DNA of 64,000 nt from Macrostomum hystrix (lineage: Eukaryota > Animalia > Platyhelminthes): assembly GCA_950097015.1 (NCBI GenBank), contig CATNEN010000039.1:9176001-9240000 (forward strand). The letters are read 5' to 3'. Position 1 is the stretch's first letter; each line of letters starts with the position of its first letter. Positions 47,715-60,081 of the stretch are shown here, one piece after another. The translations under genes were made by a program, and so were the position numbers. The notes under the pieces are model-generated. The model had not been told where the DNA came from and ran no database searches. It saw only the letters and a program-made list of their open reading frames with translations.

Positions 47715-50700
47715 GATGGGGATGCAGATGCAGAATGGGATGGGGATGCAGATGCAGAATGGGATGGGGATGCAGATGCAGAATGGGATGGGGATGCAGA
47801 TGCTGAATGGGATGGGGATGCAGATGCAGAATGGGATGGGGATGCAGATGCAGAATGGGATGGGGATGCAGATGCAGAATGGGATGGGGATGCAGATGCA
47901 GAATGGGATGGGGATGCAGATGCTGAATGGGATGGGGATGCAGATGCAGAATGGGATGGGGATGCAGATGCTGAATGGGATGGGGATGCAGATGCTGAAT
48001 GGGATGGGGATGCAGATGCTGAATGGGATGGGGATGCAGATGGTGAATGGGATGGGGATGCAGATGCTGAATGGGATGGGGATGCAGATGCTGAATGGGA
48101 TGGGGATGCAGATGCAGAATGGGATGGGGATGCAGACGGTGAATGGGATGGGGATGCAGATGGTGAATGGGATGGGGATGCAGATGCAGAATGGGATGGG
48201 GATGCAGATGCTGAATGGGATGGGGATGCAGATGCAGAATGGGATGGGGATGCAGATGCAGAATGGGATGGGGATGCAGATGGTGAATGGGATGGGGATG
48301 CAGAGGCAGAATGGGATGGGGATGCAGATGGTGAATGGGATGGGGATGCAGATGCAGAATGGGATGGGGATGCAGATGCAGAATGGGATGGGGATGCAGA
48401 TGCAGAATGGGATGGGGATGCAGACGGTGAATGGGATGGCGATGCAGATGCAGAATGGGATGGGGATGCAGATGCTGAATGGGATGGGGATGCAGATGCT
48501 GAATGGGATGGGGATGCAGATGCAGAATGGGATGGGGATGCAGATGCTGAATGGGATGGGGATGCAGATGCTGAATGGGATGGGGATGCAGATGCTGAAT
48601 GGGATGGGGATGCAGATGCTGAATGGGATGGGGATGCAGATGCTGAATGGGATGGGGATGCAGATGCTGAATGGGATGGGGATGCAGATGCAGAATGGGA
48701 TGGGGATGCAGATGCTGAATGGGATGGGGATGCAGATGGTGAATGGGATGGGGATGCAGATGCAGAATGGGATGGGGATGCAGATACAGAATGGGATGGG
48801 GATGCAGATGCTGAATGGGATGGGGATGCAGATGCTGAATGGGATGGGGATGCAGATGCAGAATGGGATGGGGATGCAGACGGTGAATGGGATGGGGATG
48901 CAGATGGTGAATGGGATGGGGATGCAGATGCAGAATGGGATGGGGATGCAGATGCAGAATGGGATGGGGATGCAGATGCAGAATGGGATGGGGATGCAGA
49001 TGCTGAATGGGATGGGGATGCAGATGCAGAATGGGATGGGGATGCAGATGCAGAATGGGATGGGGATGCAGATGCAGAATGGGATGGGGATGCAGATGCT
49101 GAATGGGATGGGGATGCAGATGCAGAATGGGATGGGGATGCAGATGCTGAATGGGATGGGGATGCAGATGCTGAATGGGATGGGGATGCAGATGCTGAAT
49201 GGGATGGGGATGCAGATGGTGAATGGGATGGGGATGCAGATGCTGAATGGGATGGGGATGCAGATGCTGAATGGGATGGGGATGCAGATGCAGAATGGGA
49301 TGGGGATGCAGACGGTGAATGGGATGGGGATGCAGATGGTGAATGGGATGGGGATGCAGATGCAGAATGGGATGGGGATGCAGATGCTGAATGGGATGGG
49401 GATGCAGATGCAGAATGGGATGGGGATGCAGATGCAGAATGGGATGGGGATGCAGATGGTGAATGGGATGGGGATGCAGAGGCAGAATGGGATGGGGATG
49501 CAGATGGTGAATGGGATGAAGATGCAGATGGTGAATGGGATGGGGATGCAGATGCAGAATGGGATGGGGATGCAGATGGTGAATGGGATGGGGATGCAGA
49601 GGCAGAATGGGATAGGGATGCAGATGGTGAATGGGATGGGGATGCAGAGGCAGAATGGGATGGGGATGCAGATGGTGAATGGGATGGGGATGCAGATGCA
49701 GAATGGGATGGGGATGCAGATGCTGAATGGGATGGGGATGCAGATGCAGAATGGGATGGGGATGCAGATGCAGAATGGGATGGGGATGCAGATGCTGAAT
49801 GGGATGGGGATGCAGATGCAGAATGGGATGGGGATGCAGATACAGAATGGGATGGGGATGCAGACGGTGAATGGGATGGGGATGCAGATGCAGAATGGGA
49901 TGGGGATGCAGATGCAGAATGGGATGGGGATGCAGATGCAGAATGGGATGGGGATGCAGATGGTGAATGGGATGGGGATGCAGATGCTGAATGGGATGGG
50001 GATGCAGATGCAGAATGGGATGGGGATGCAGATGCTGAATGGGATGGGGATGCAGATGCAGAATGGGATGGGGATGCAGATGCAGAATGGGATGGGGATG
50101 CAGATGCAGAATGGGATGGGGATGCAGATGCAGAATGGGATGGGGATGCAGAGGCAGAATGGGATGGGGATGCAGATGGTGAATGGGATGGGGATGCAGA
50201 TGGTGAATGGGATGGGGATGCAGATGGTGAATGGGATGGGGATGCAGATGGTGAATGGGATGGGGATGCAGATGCAGAATGGGATGGGGATGCAGATGGT
50301 GAATGGGATGGGGATGCAGATGGTGAATGGGATGGGGATGCAGATGGTGAATGGGATGGGGATGCAGATGGTGAATGGGATGGGGATGCAGATGCAGAAT
50401 GGGATGGGGATGCAGATGCTGAATGGGATGGGGATGCAGATGCAGAATGGGATGGGGATGCAGATGCAGAATGGGATGGGGATGCAGATGCAGAATGGGA
50501 TGGGGATGCAGATGCAGAATGGGATGGGGATGCAGATGCAGAATGGGATGGGGATGCAGATGGTGAATGGGATGGGGATGCAGATGCAGAATGGGATGGG
50601 GATGCAGATGCAGAATGGGATGGGGATGCAGATGCAGAATGGGATGGGGATGCAGATGCAGAATGGGATGGGGATGCAGATGCAGAATGGGATGGGGATG

Positions 50701-53700
50701 CAGATGGTGAATGGGATGGGGATGCAGATGCAGAATGGGATGGGGATGCAGACGGTGAATGGGATGGGGATGCAGATGCAGAATGGGATGGGGATGCAGA
50801 CGGTGAATGGGATGGGGATGCAGATGCAGAATGGGATGGGGATGCAGATGCAGAATGGGATGGGGATGCAGATGCAGAATGGGATGGGGATGCAGATGCA
50901 GAATGGGATGGGGATGCAGATGGTGAATGGGATGGGGATGCAGATGCTGAATGGGATGGGGATGCAGATGCAGAATGGGATGGGGATGCAGATGCAGAAT
51001 GGGATGGGGATGCAGATGCAGAATGGGATGGGGATGCAGATACAGAATGGGATGGGGATGCAGATGCAGAATGGGATGGGGATGCAGATGCAGAATGGGA
51101 TGGGGATGCAGACGGTGAATGGGATGGGGATGCAGATGCAGAATGGGATGGGGATGCAGATGCAGAATGGGATGGGGATGCAGATGCAGAATGGGATGGG
51201 GATGCAGACGGTGAATGGGATGGCGATGCAGATGCAGAATGGGATGGGGATGCAGATGCAGAATGGGATGGGGATGCAGATGCAGAATGGGATGGGGATG
51301 CAGACGGTGAATGGGATGGGGATGCAGATGCAGAATGGGATGGGGATGCAGATGCAGAATGGGATGGGGATGCAGATGCAGAATGGGATGGGGATGCAGA
51401 CGGTGAATGGGATGGCGATGCAGATGCAGAATGGGATGGGGATGCAGATGCAGAATGGGATGGGGATGCAGACGGTGAATGGGATGGGGATGCAGATGCA
51501 GAATGGGATGGGGATGCAGATGCAGAATGGGATGGGGATGCAGATGGTGAATGGGATGGGGATGCAGATGCAGAATCGGATGGGGATGCAGATGGTGAAT
51601 GGGATGGGGATGCAGATGCAGAATGGGATGGGGATGCAGATGCAGAATGGGATGGGGATGCAGATACAGAATGGGATGGGGATGCAGATACAGAATGGGA
51701 TGGGGATGCAGACGGTGAATGGGATGGGGATGCAGATGCAGAATGGGATGGGGATGCAGACGGTGAATGGGATGGGGATGCAGACGGTGAATGGGATGGG
51801 GATGCAGATGGTGAATGGGATGGGGATGCAGATGCTGAATGGGATGGGGATGCAGATGCAGAATGGGATGGGGATGCAGATGGTGAATGGGATGGGGATA
51901 CAGATGCTGAATGGGATGGGGATGCAGATGCTGAATGGGATGGGGATGCAGATGCTGAATGGGATGGGGATGCAGATGCAGAATGGGATGGGGATGCAGA
52001 TGGTGAATGGGATGGGGATGCAGACGGTGAATGGGATGGGGATGCAGATGCAGAATGGGATGGGGATGCAGATGCAGAATGGGATGGGGATGCAGATGGT
52101 GAATGGGATGGGGATGCAGACGGTGAATGGGATGGGGATGCAGATGCAGAATGGGATGGGGATGCAGATGAAGAATGGGATGGGGATACAGATGCTGAAT
52201 GGGATGGGGATGCAGATGCAGAATGGGATGGGGATGCAGATGCAGAATGGGATGGGGATGCAGATGCAGAATGGGATGGGGATGCAGATGGTGAATGGGA
52301 TGGGGATGCAGATGCAGAATCGGATGGGGATGCAGATGGTGAATGGGATGGGGATGCAGATGCAGAATGGGATGGGGATGCAGATGCAGAATGGGATGGG
52401 GATGCAGATACAGAATGGGATGGGGATGCAGATGCAGAATGGGATGGGGATGCAGACGGTGAATGGGATGGGGATGCAGATGCAGAATGGGATGGGGATG
52501 CAGATGCAGAATGGGATGGGGATGCAGATGGTGAATGGGATGGGGATGCAGATGCAGAATCGGATGGGGATGCAGATGGTGAATGGGATGGGGATGCAGA
52601 TGCAGAATGGGATGGGGATGCAGATGCAGAATGGGATGGGGATGCAGATACAGAATGGGATGGGGATGCAGATACAGAATGGGATGGGGATGCAGACGGT
52701 GAATGGGATGGGGATGCAGATGCAGAATGGGATGGGGATGCAGACGGTGAATGGGATGGGGATGCAGATGCAGAATGGGATGGGGATGCAGATGGTGAAT
52801 GGGATGGGGATGCAGATGCAGAATGGGATGGGGATGCAGATGGTGAATGGGATGGGGATGCAGATGCAGAATGGGATGGGGATGCAGACGGTGAATGGGA
52901 TGGGGATGCAGATGCAGAATGGGATGGGGATGCAGACGGTGAATGGGATGGGGATGCAGATACAGAATGGGATGGGGATGCAGATGCAGAATGGGATGGG
53001 GATGCAGATGGTGAATGGGATGGGGATGCAGATGCAGAATCGGATGGGGATGCAGATGGTGAATGGGATGGGGATGCAGATGCAGAATGGGATGGGGATG
53101 CAGATGCAGAATGGGATGGGGATGCAGATGCAGAATGGGATGGGGATGCAGATACAGAATGGGATGGGGATGCAGATACAGAATGGGATGGGGATGCAGA
53201 CGGTGAATGGGATGGGGATGCAGATGCAGAATGGGATGGGGATGCAGACGGTGAATGGGATGGGGATGCAGATGCAGAATGGGATGGGGATGCAGATGGT
53301 GAATGGGATGGGGATGCAGATGCAGAATGGGATGGGGATGCAGATGCAGAATGGGATGGGGATGCAGATGCAGAATGGGATGGGGATGCAGATGCTGAAT
53401 GGGATGGGGATGCAGATGCAGAATGGGATGGGGATGCAGATGCAGAATGGGATGGGGATGCAGATGCTGAATGGGATGGGGATGCAGATGCAGAATGGGA
53501 TGGGGATGCAGATACAGAATGGGATGGGGATGCAGATACAGAATGGGATGGGGATGCAGACGGTGAATGGGATGGGGATGCAGATGCAGAATGGGATGGG
53601 GATGCAGATGGTGAATGGGATGGGGATGCAGATGCAGAATGGGATGGGGATGCAGATGCAGAATGGGATGGGGATGCAGATGGTGAATGGGATGGGGATG

Positions 53701-55208
53701 CAGATGCAGAATGGGATGGGGATGCAGATGCAGAATGGGATGGGGATGCAGATGGTGAATGGGATGGGGATGCAGATGCAGAATGGGATGGGGATGCAGA
53801 TGGTGAATGGGATGGGGATGCAGATGGTGAATGGGATGGGGATGCAGATGGTGAATGGGATGGGGATGCAGATGCAGAATGGGATGGGGATGCAGATGCA
53901 GAATGGGATGGGGATGCAGATGCAGAATGGGATGGGGATGCAGATGCAGAATGGGATGGGGATGCAGATGGTGAATGGGATGGGGATGCAGATGCAGAAT
54001 GGGATGGGGATGCAGATGCAGAATGGGATGGGGATGCAGATGCAGAATGGGATGGGGATGCAGATGCAGAATGGGATGGGGATGCAGACGGTGAATGGGA
54101 TGGGGATGCAGATGCAGAATGGGATGGGGATGCAGATGGTGAATGGGATGGGGATGCAGATGCAGAATGGGATGGGGATGCAGACGGTGAATGGGATGGG
54201 GATGCAGATGCAGAATGGGATGGGGATGCAGATGCAGAATGGGATGGGGATGCAGATGGTGAATGGGATGGGGATGCAGATGGTGAATGGGATGGGGATG
54301 CAGATGCAGAATCGGATGGGGATGCAGATGGTGAATGGGATGGGGATGCAGATGCAGAATGGGATGGGGATGCAGATGGTGAATGGGATGGGGATGCAGA
54401 TGCAGAATCGGATGGGGATGCAGACGGTGAATGGGATGGGGATGCAGATGCAGAATGGGATGGGGATGCAGATGGTGAATGGGATGGGGATGCAGATGCA
54501 GAATCGGATGGGGATGCAGATGGTGAATGGGATGGGGATGCAGATGGTGAATGGGATGGGGATGCAGATGCAGAATGGGATGGGGATGCAGACGGTGAAT
54601 GGGATGGGGATGCAGATGCAGAATGGGATGGGGATGCAGATGCAGAATGGGATGGGGATGCAGATGCAGAATGGGATGGGGATGCAGATGCAGAATGGGA
54701 TGGGGATGCAGATGCAGAATGGGATGGGGATGCAGATGGTGAATGGGATGGGGATGCAGATGCAGAATCGGATGGGGATGCAGATGGTGAATGGGATGGG
54801 GATGCAGATGCAGAATGGGATGGGGATGCAGATGGTGAATGGGATGGGGATGCAGATGGTGAATGGGATGGGGATGCAGATGGTGAATGGGATGGGGATG
54901 CAGATGCAGAATGGGATGGGGATGCAGATGCAGAATGGGATGGGGATGCAGATGCAGAATGGGATGGGGATGCAGATGGTGAATGGGATGGGGATGCAGA
55001 TGGTGAATGGGATGGGGATGCAGATGCAGAATGGGATGGGGATGCAGATGGTGAATGGGATGGGGATGCAGATGGTGAATGGGATGGGGATGCAGATGGT
55101 GAATGGGATGGGGATGCAGATGCAGAATGGGATGGGGATGCAGATGCAGAATGGGATGGGGATGCAGACGCTGAATGGGATGGGGATGCAGATGGTGAAT
55201 GGGATGGG
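47715..55208. repeat. 24-bp G-rich satellite, right arm (~312 units)
   Basis: Same unit as 42706-43223. Phase is preserved across ~7.5 kb, producing the 2506-aa repeat ORF. Confidence 0.97.
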
Positions 55209-55448
55209 GTCAGCAGGTATTGTCTGGAATGTGTAAGTAAAGTTGAGTTTGTTTAGAAATCAGTTGCTAACTATCCTACTCTTTCTTTTATAAGTAGCAT
55301 GAATCGGATAATAATGTTATTTTTCGTCTGACATCAATAAGCATTCAATTAAAGGAATCATAAAAAATGGCTATTGTTTACAAAATCAAAAGATTAAATT
55401 AAGTTATAGATAATCATATTTTATTTATCTTTACTATTATCTCCCATC

Positions 55449-55987
55449 GCTAAAAGACAACGGGGAGTATTTCAAATACCCTTTGTCTACTTTACGATAG
55501 CTTCCAAATCGAATGACCGATTTTCGTAAAAGTCCACCATCTGAATAAAAATGTTCCGCACTTTTGGATGAACTAACTTTCAAAGCCGTACTCAGTTAGA
55601 ATTTTTGAGATATTGTCGAAGACCCTGGTGACAAGGACAAACATTGCTGTGTATGAACCTCTTTGGAGAATTCATATTGGTTCAGTAATATAAAAATTAA
55701 CAACATAATCAATACAACATACTTTGCAATGATAGGCGACATGGATACATGGTAACATTTAGTGGGCAAAAATATTTGCCCATTTTTGTAGTTTTTGGCA
55801 CCCCGACGAGAGAATCGTTGAATATCTCGACGATGTTTAGTGATTGTTGAAGTTGTTTCATCGGAGAGAGCGAAGAAACTTAGCTTACGAGCGTATCGTC
55901 AGGATTTTCAGCGCGATTAGGTGAAAATTTTGAGAGATAGTGAAAAAATGAACAAGGTGGGTATATACCCCGTGGTCCTTTATTCTG
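55449..55987. mobile_element. Diverged CAGTAG MITE family copy
   Basis: GAGTATTTCAAATACCC...GAATGACCGATTTTCGTAAAAGTCCACCAT...ACCCCGTGGTCCTTTATTCTG|TTAA. Confidence 0.6.
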
Positions 55988-56095
55988 TTAATGGCTTCCA
56001 GTGAAAAGAAATGCAAAAAATTTCCGGCTTTTCGTAATCGCAGCTGTGAAGCGGCGCGGACTGGGCAGGCCCCCACACAATGCCCGCTAAAATAG

Positions 56096-56103
56096 TATAA
56101 AAG
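56096..56103 (+). promoter_or_regulatory. Candidate TATA box of the P2C ATPase gene
   Basis: TATAAAAG ~110 nt upstream of the ATG at 56205, preceded by a GC-rich patch. Confidence 0.5.
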
Positions 56104-56204
56104 AAAGCCAAAAAAGCATCATTGACTGGCAATTTTCCAATCTGTTCTGCGACCCAGTTCAGACACACACATCTCTGGAGCCTGCCAAACAACAGCCAGC
56201 AACA

Positions 56205-59200
56205 ATGGGAGATAAAGTGAGTTTGAGTTCTTTTGAGTCCACAGCGGTATCGTTTGATAATTTTTATGTAATTTAATAGCTCTATTTCTTTCCAGGCGGA
56301 AAAACCGTCTTCGGGCAAGAAGGAAAAGAAGAAGGACCTGAACGACCTCAAGAAGGAGATGGAGATGGATGAGCACAAGATCAGCCTTGAGGAGTTCTAC
56401 GCGCGCCAGTCCGTGGACCCGACGCAGGGCCTCTCGTTGGCCGAGGCCAGGCATCGCTTGGAGAAGTTGGGCCGCAACGAGCTCACACCGCCCAAGGAGA
56501 CGCCGGAGTGGGTGAAGTTCATCCGCGCCTGCTTCGGCGGCTTCTCACTGCTGCTGTGGGTTGGCGCCTTGCTCTGCCTGCTGGCCTACGGCATCCAGTA
56601 CACCCAGTCGGACTTCCCTCCAGGAGACAATCTCTACTTGGCTATTGTGCTCATTCTGGTGGTGCTGGTTACGGGCATCTTCGCCTACTACCAGAACGCC
56701 AAGTCCGCCCGCATCATGGACAGCTTCAAGAAGATGGTGCCGCAAAACGCTCTTGTCCTGCGCGACGGCCAAAAGATTCATATTCCCTGCGAGGAAGTGG
56801 TGGTGGGAGACATTGTGTTCATCCAGCTGGGCGACCGAGTGCCGGCTGATGTGCGCGTGATCACCGCCCAGAGCTTCAAGGTGGACAACTCGGCGCTGAC
56901 CGGAGAGTCGGAGCCGCAGTCAAGGACGCCCGAGTTTACAACCGATAATCCCCTAGAGACAAAGAATCTAGTCTTCTATTCCACTAGCGCTGTTGAAGGT
57001 GAGAAATTTACTTTTTTGGTCTATAAATAGATATATATGACACCTAGCCCAGTAGAGCCAGTCGTACAGCCAGTTACGCATCCTTTGTTTAGGAACGTGC
57101 ACTGGCATTGTCGTTGCCATCGGCGACAACACAGTCATGGGTCGCATCGCCAATCTGACATCTGGCCTTGGCGAAGAGATGACGCCAATCGCCAGGGAGA
57201 TCCGCTACTTCATTCACATCATCACTGGCGTGGCCTTCACTCTTGGCATCTCATTTTTTGCTATCGCGTTCGGCCTCGGATACTACTGGCTGGACTCCAT
57301 CATCTTCCTGATTGGCATCATCGTTGCCAACGTTCCGGAAGGCCTGATGGCTGCGGTCCCAGTCGGCCTCACACTGACTGCTAAGCGAATGGCGGCGAAG
57401 AACTGCCTGGTGAAAAATCTGGAAGCTGTGGAAACGCTCGGATCCACAAGCACCATCTGCTCAGATAAGACTGGTGAGTAGCCTTGCTCACCACTGCACT
57501 CACCCACTACTCACACAATTGATTTGCCACTGAAAAGCGGAATCAGCGTCAAAGATCCTACTTCAAGGACTGGATGGTTATAGGAAGTTTTTGCTTAGTG
57601 GTTAGGGCGTCGGACTCAGGATTTAAAGGTCGGGGGTTCGATTCCCGAATCTACTGGAACAATTTATGTAACTTATCAAGACACTAAACTCTGCATTGCT
57701 TTAGTTCACTGACCTGTTAAATAGGTATCAGCATTATATCAGGGTGTCGCCCCTCAGTCCATGGACTGAACAGCCGTACGCAGCCTGCAGATGCGTCGCG
57801 AAATAGCTGCGGCTGTGCTGTGGGCTGCACATCTGGCCCTATCTCCTATTTGTCGTTTTTGTAGAACGAAAATACTTTTCTCTTCATCAGGCACACTGAC
57901 CCAGAATCGAATGACCGTGTCGCACATGTGGTACAACAATGAAATTATCGAGGCCGACACAACCGAGGAGCAGACTCACGCGCAGCATGACATCAACTGC
58001 CAGGGCTTTGTGGCTCTGAGTCGCTGCGCTATGCTCTGCAACCGAGCCGAATTCAAATCTGGCGAAGATAACAAACCCGTGCTGAGGCGAAAGTGCAACG
58101 GTGACGCTTCTGAGAGCGCCATCCTGAAGTGCACGGAGCTCAGCGTCGGCAAAGTGATGGAATACCGCAAGAACAACACAAAAGTGTGCGAGGTTCCATT
58201 TAACAGCAGCAACAAGTTCCAGGTTTCTATTCATCGAACTGACGACGGAGATCCGCGCTACCTGCTGGTGATGAAGGGAGCTCCAGAGCGCATTCTCGAC
58301 CGCTGCTCCACAATCTTCATCAACGACCAGGAGCTCGAGATGGACGAAAAGTGTAAATCGGCGTTCAACACTGCGTACGAAGACCTGGGAGGCATGGGCG
58401 AACGAGTACTAGGCTTCTGCGACCTGCGGCTTCCAGTGGACAAGTACCCTGATGGCTACAAGTTTGATCCTGACGAGATGAACTTCCCGGTCTCAAACAT
58501 GCGCTTTGTCGGACTCATGTCCTTGATCGACCCGCCAAGAGGATCCGTGCCCAGCGCTGTAATGAAATGCCGCTCTGCAGGTATCAAGGTAGGCGCTCAT
58601 GCTTGTCATTCCTCAAACTAAAAAAACTATTATTTTACTAAACTGACACCAAGTTGTGCCACAAAAATTTTCTCCAGGTCATCATGGTCACAGGTGATCA
58701 TCCCATCACAGCGCACGCAATCGCCAAGACTGTCGGCATCATTGGCCCGCAGAGCAAGACGGTGCAAGAAATCGCGAAGGAGCGCGGCACAGACGTATCC
58801 AAAGTGAATCCCGGCGAAGCCATAGCCTGCGTTGTCCACGGATCCGATCTTCGCGATCTGTCCTCCGACCAGTTGGATGACGTTCTAAATAATCACTCCG
58901 AGATCGTGTTCGCCCGCACCAGTCCCCAGCAGAAGTTGATCATTGTTGAAGGCTGTCAGAGGCTGGGCCAGATTGTGGCAGTGACTGGCGACGGTGTAAA
59001 TGATTCTCCTGCGCTGAAGAAGGCCAACATCGGCATCGCCATGGGCATTGCCGGTAGCGACGTCAGCAAGCAGGCGGCTGACATGATCCTACTCGATGAC
59101 AACTTTGCCTCGATTGTGACTGGCGTCGAGGAGGGACGAATCATCTTCGACAATCTAAAGAAGCTGATCACCTACGTCTTGACGTCAAACATCCCCGAAC

Positions 59201-60081
59201 TGATACCTTTCCTAGTCTACGTGCTATCAGGTATTCCACTGCCGCTTGGCACCATCACGATTCTGTTCATTGATCTAGGCACCGACCTGATCCCGGCAAT
59301 CTCGCTGGCCTACGAGACCGCTGAGAGCGACATAATGAAACGCAAACCGCGAAATCCGAAGAAGGACCATCTCGTAAACGGCCGCCTGCTGGGCGTGGGC
59401 TACGCGCAGTGCGGAATCATCGCCACAGCTGGTGGCTTCTATGTTTACTGCGTTGTGATGGCTGAGAACGGATTCCTGCCCGACAAGCTCATTGGCTTGC
59501 GCGCCGAGTGGGACAGCATCGCCATCAACGATATCAAGGACAGTTATGGACAAGAATGGGTGAGTGAAAGGGGAGGTTGTTGTACCAAAAGGTCCAGAAT
59601 TCGAATCTTATTGTGCAAGACACAAAATTCCCGATTGTTGCTGTAAACAAAACGTCTGTGCCACAGGCTGCACACCTGCTTCACAATTACTTTAGTTTCT
59701 GATAATACAAACGTTGAATTTCAGTCGTACGGTCAGCGCAAGAACCTGGAGTACGCGGGCCAGACGTCTTTCTTCGTCGGCATCGTGATGATGCAGTGGG
59801 GCGACCTGCTGGCCAGGAAGACTCGCCGAATCTCATTCTTCCAGCAGGGCATGGAGAACAACCAGGCCACGTTTGGTATGTTCTTCGAGACCGCTCTGGC
59901 CTGCTTCGTAGTCTATTGTCCGGGCATGGACGTCAGCCTGCACACGCAGCCGATGCGCTTCTATTGGTGGCTGCCGGCTGTGCCGTTCTCAATTTATCTG
60001 TTCTGCTACGACGAACTGCGCAAGTATTTGATTCGCAGTCTGCCACCCGGCAACTGGGTCGAGCGAAACACCGACTTTTAA
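56205..60081 (+). CDS. P-type IIC ATPase alpha subunit (Na+/K+-ATPase alpha family, with H,K-like M8), 6 exons, ~1010 aa
   Basis: Exons 56205-56216 (MGDK), 56296-56998, 57093-57473, 57891-58588, 58678-59559 and 59725-60081; GT-AG introns, total 3033 nt. Motifs [60 protein letters not shown]. Confidence 0.95.
57593..57850 (+). mobile_element. tRNA-derived SINE, family B, in ATPase intron 3
   Basis: GCTTAGTGGTTAGGGCGTCGGACTCAGG (A box)...GGGGTTCGATTCCCG (B box), and a body with the palindrome TCAGTCCATGGACTGA. Confidence 0.65.

Noticed and set aside
47716-55236. 2506-aa [11 protein letters not shown] as a real protein
   Set aside because: It follows from a stop-free 24-bp unit. There is no unique domain or signal peptide, it starts at the LTR edge, and its variants are non-synonymous in this frame.
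57593-57660. Functional tRNA gene
   Set aside because: A and B boxes are present but there is no convincing acceptor stem, and it continues into a body shared with another dispersed copy, so it was called a SINE. The same applies at 40762-40848.
56205-60081. Assigning a vertebrate symbol (ATP1A1, ATP4A or ATP12A)
   Set aside because: Those paralogues are vertebrate-specific and the residue pattern here is mosaic; orthology needs a phylogeny.
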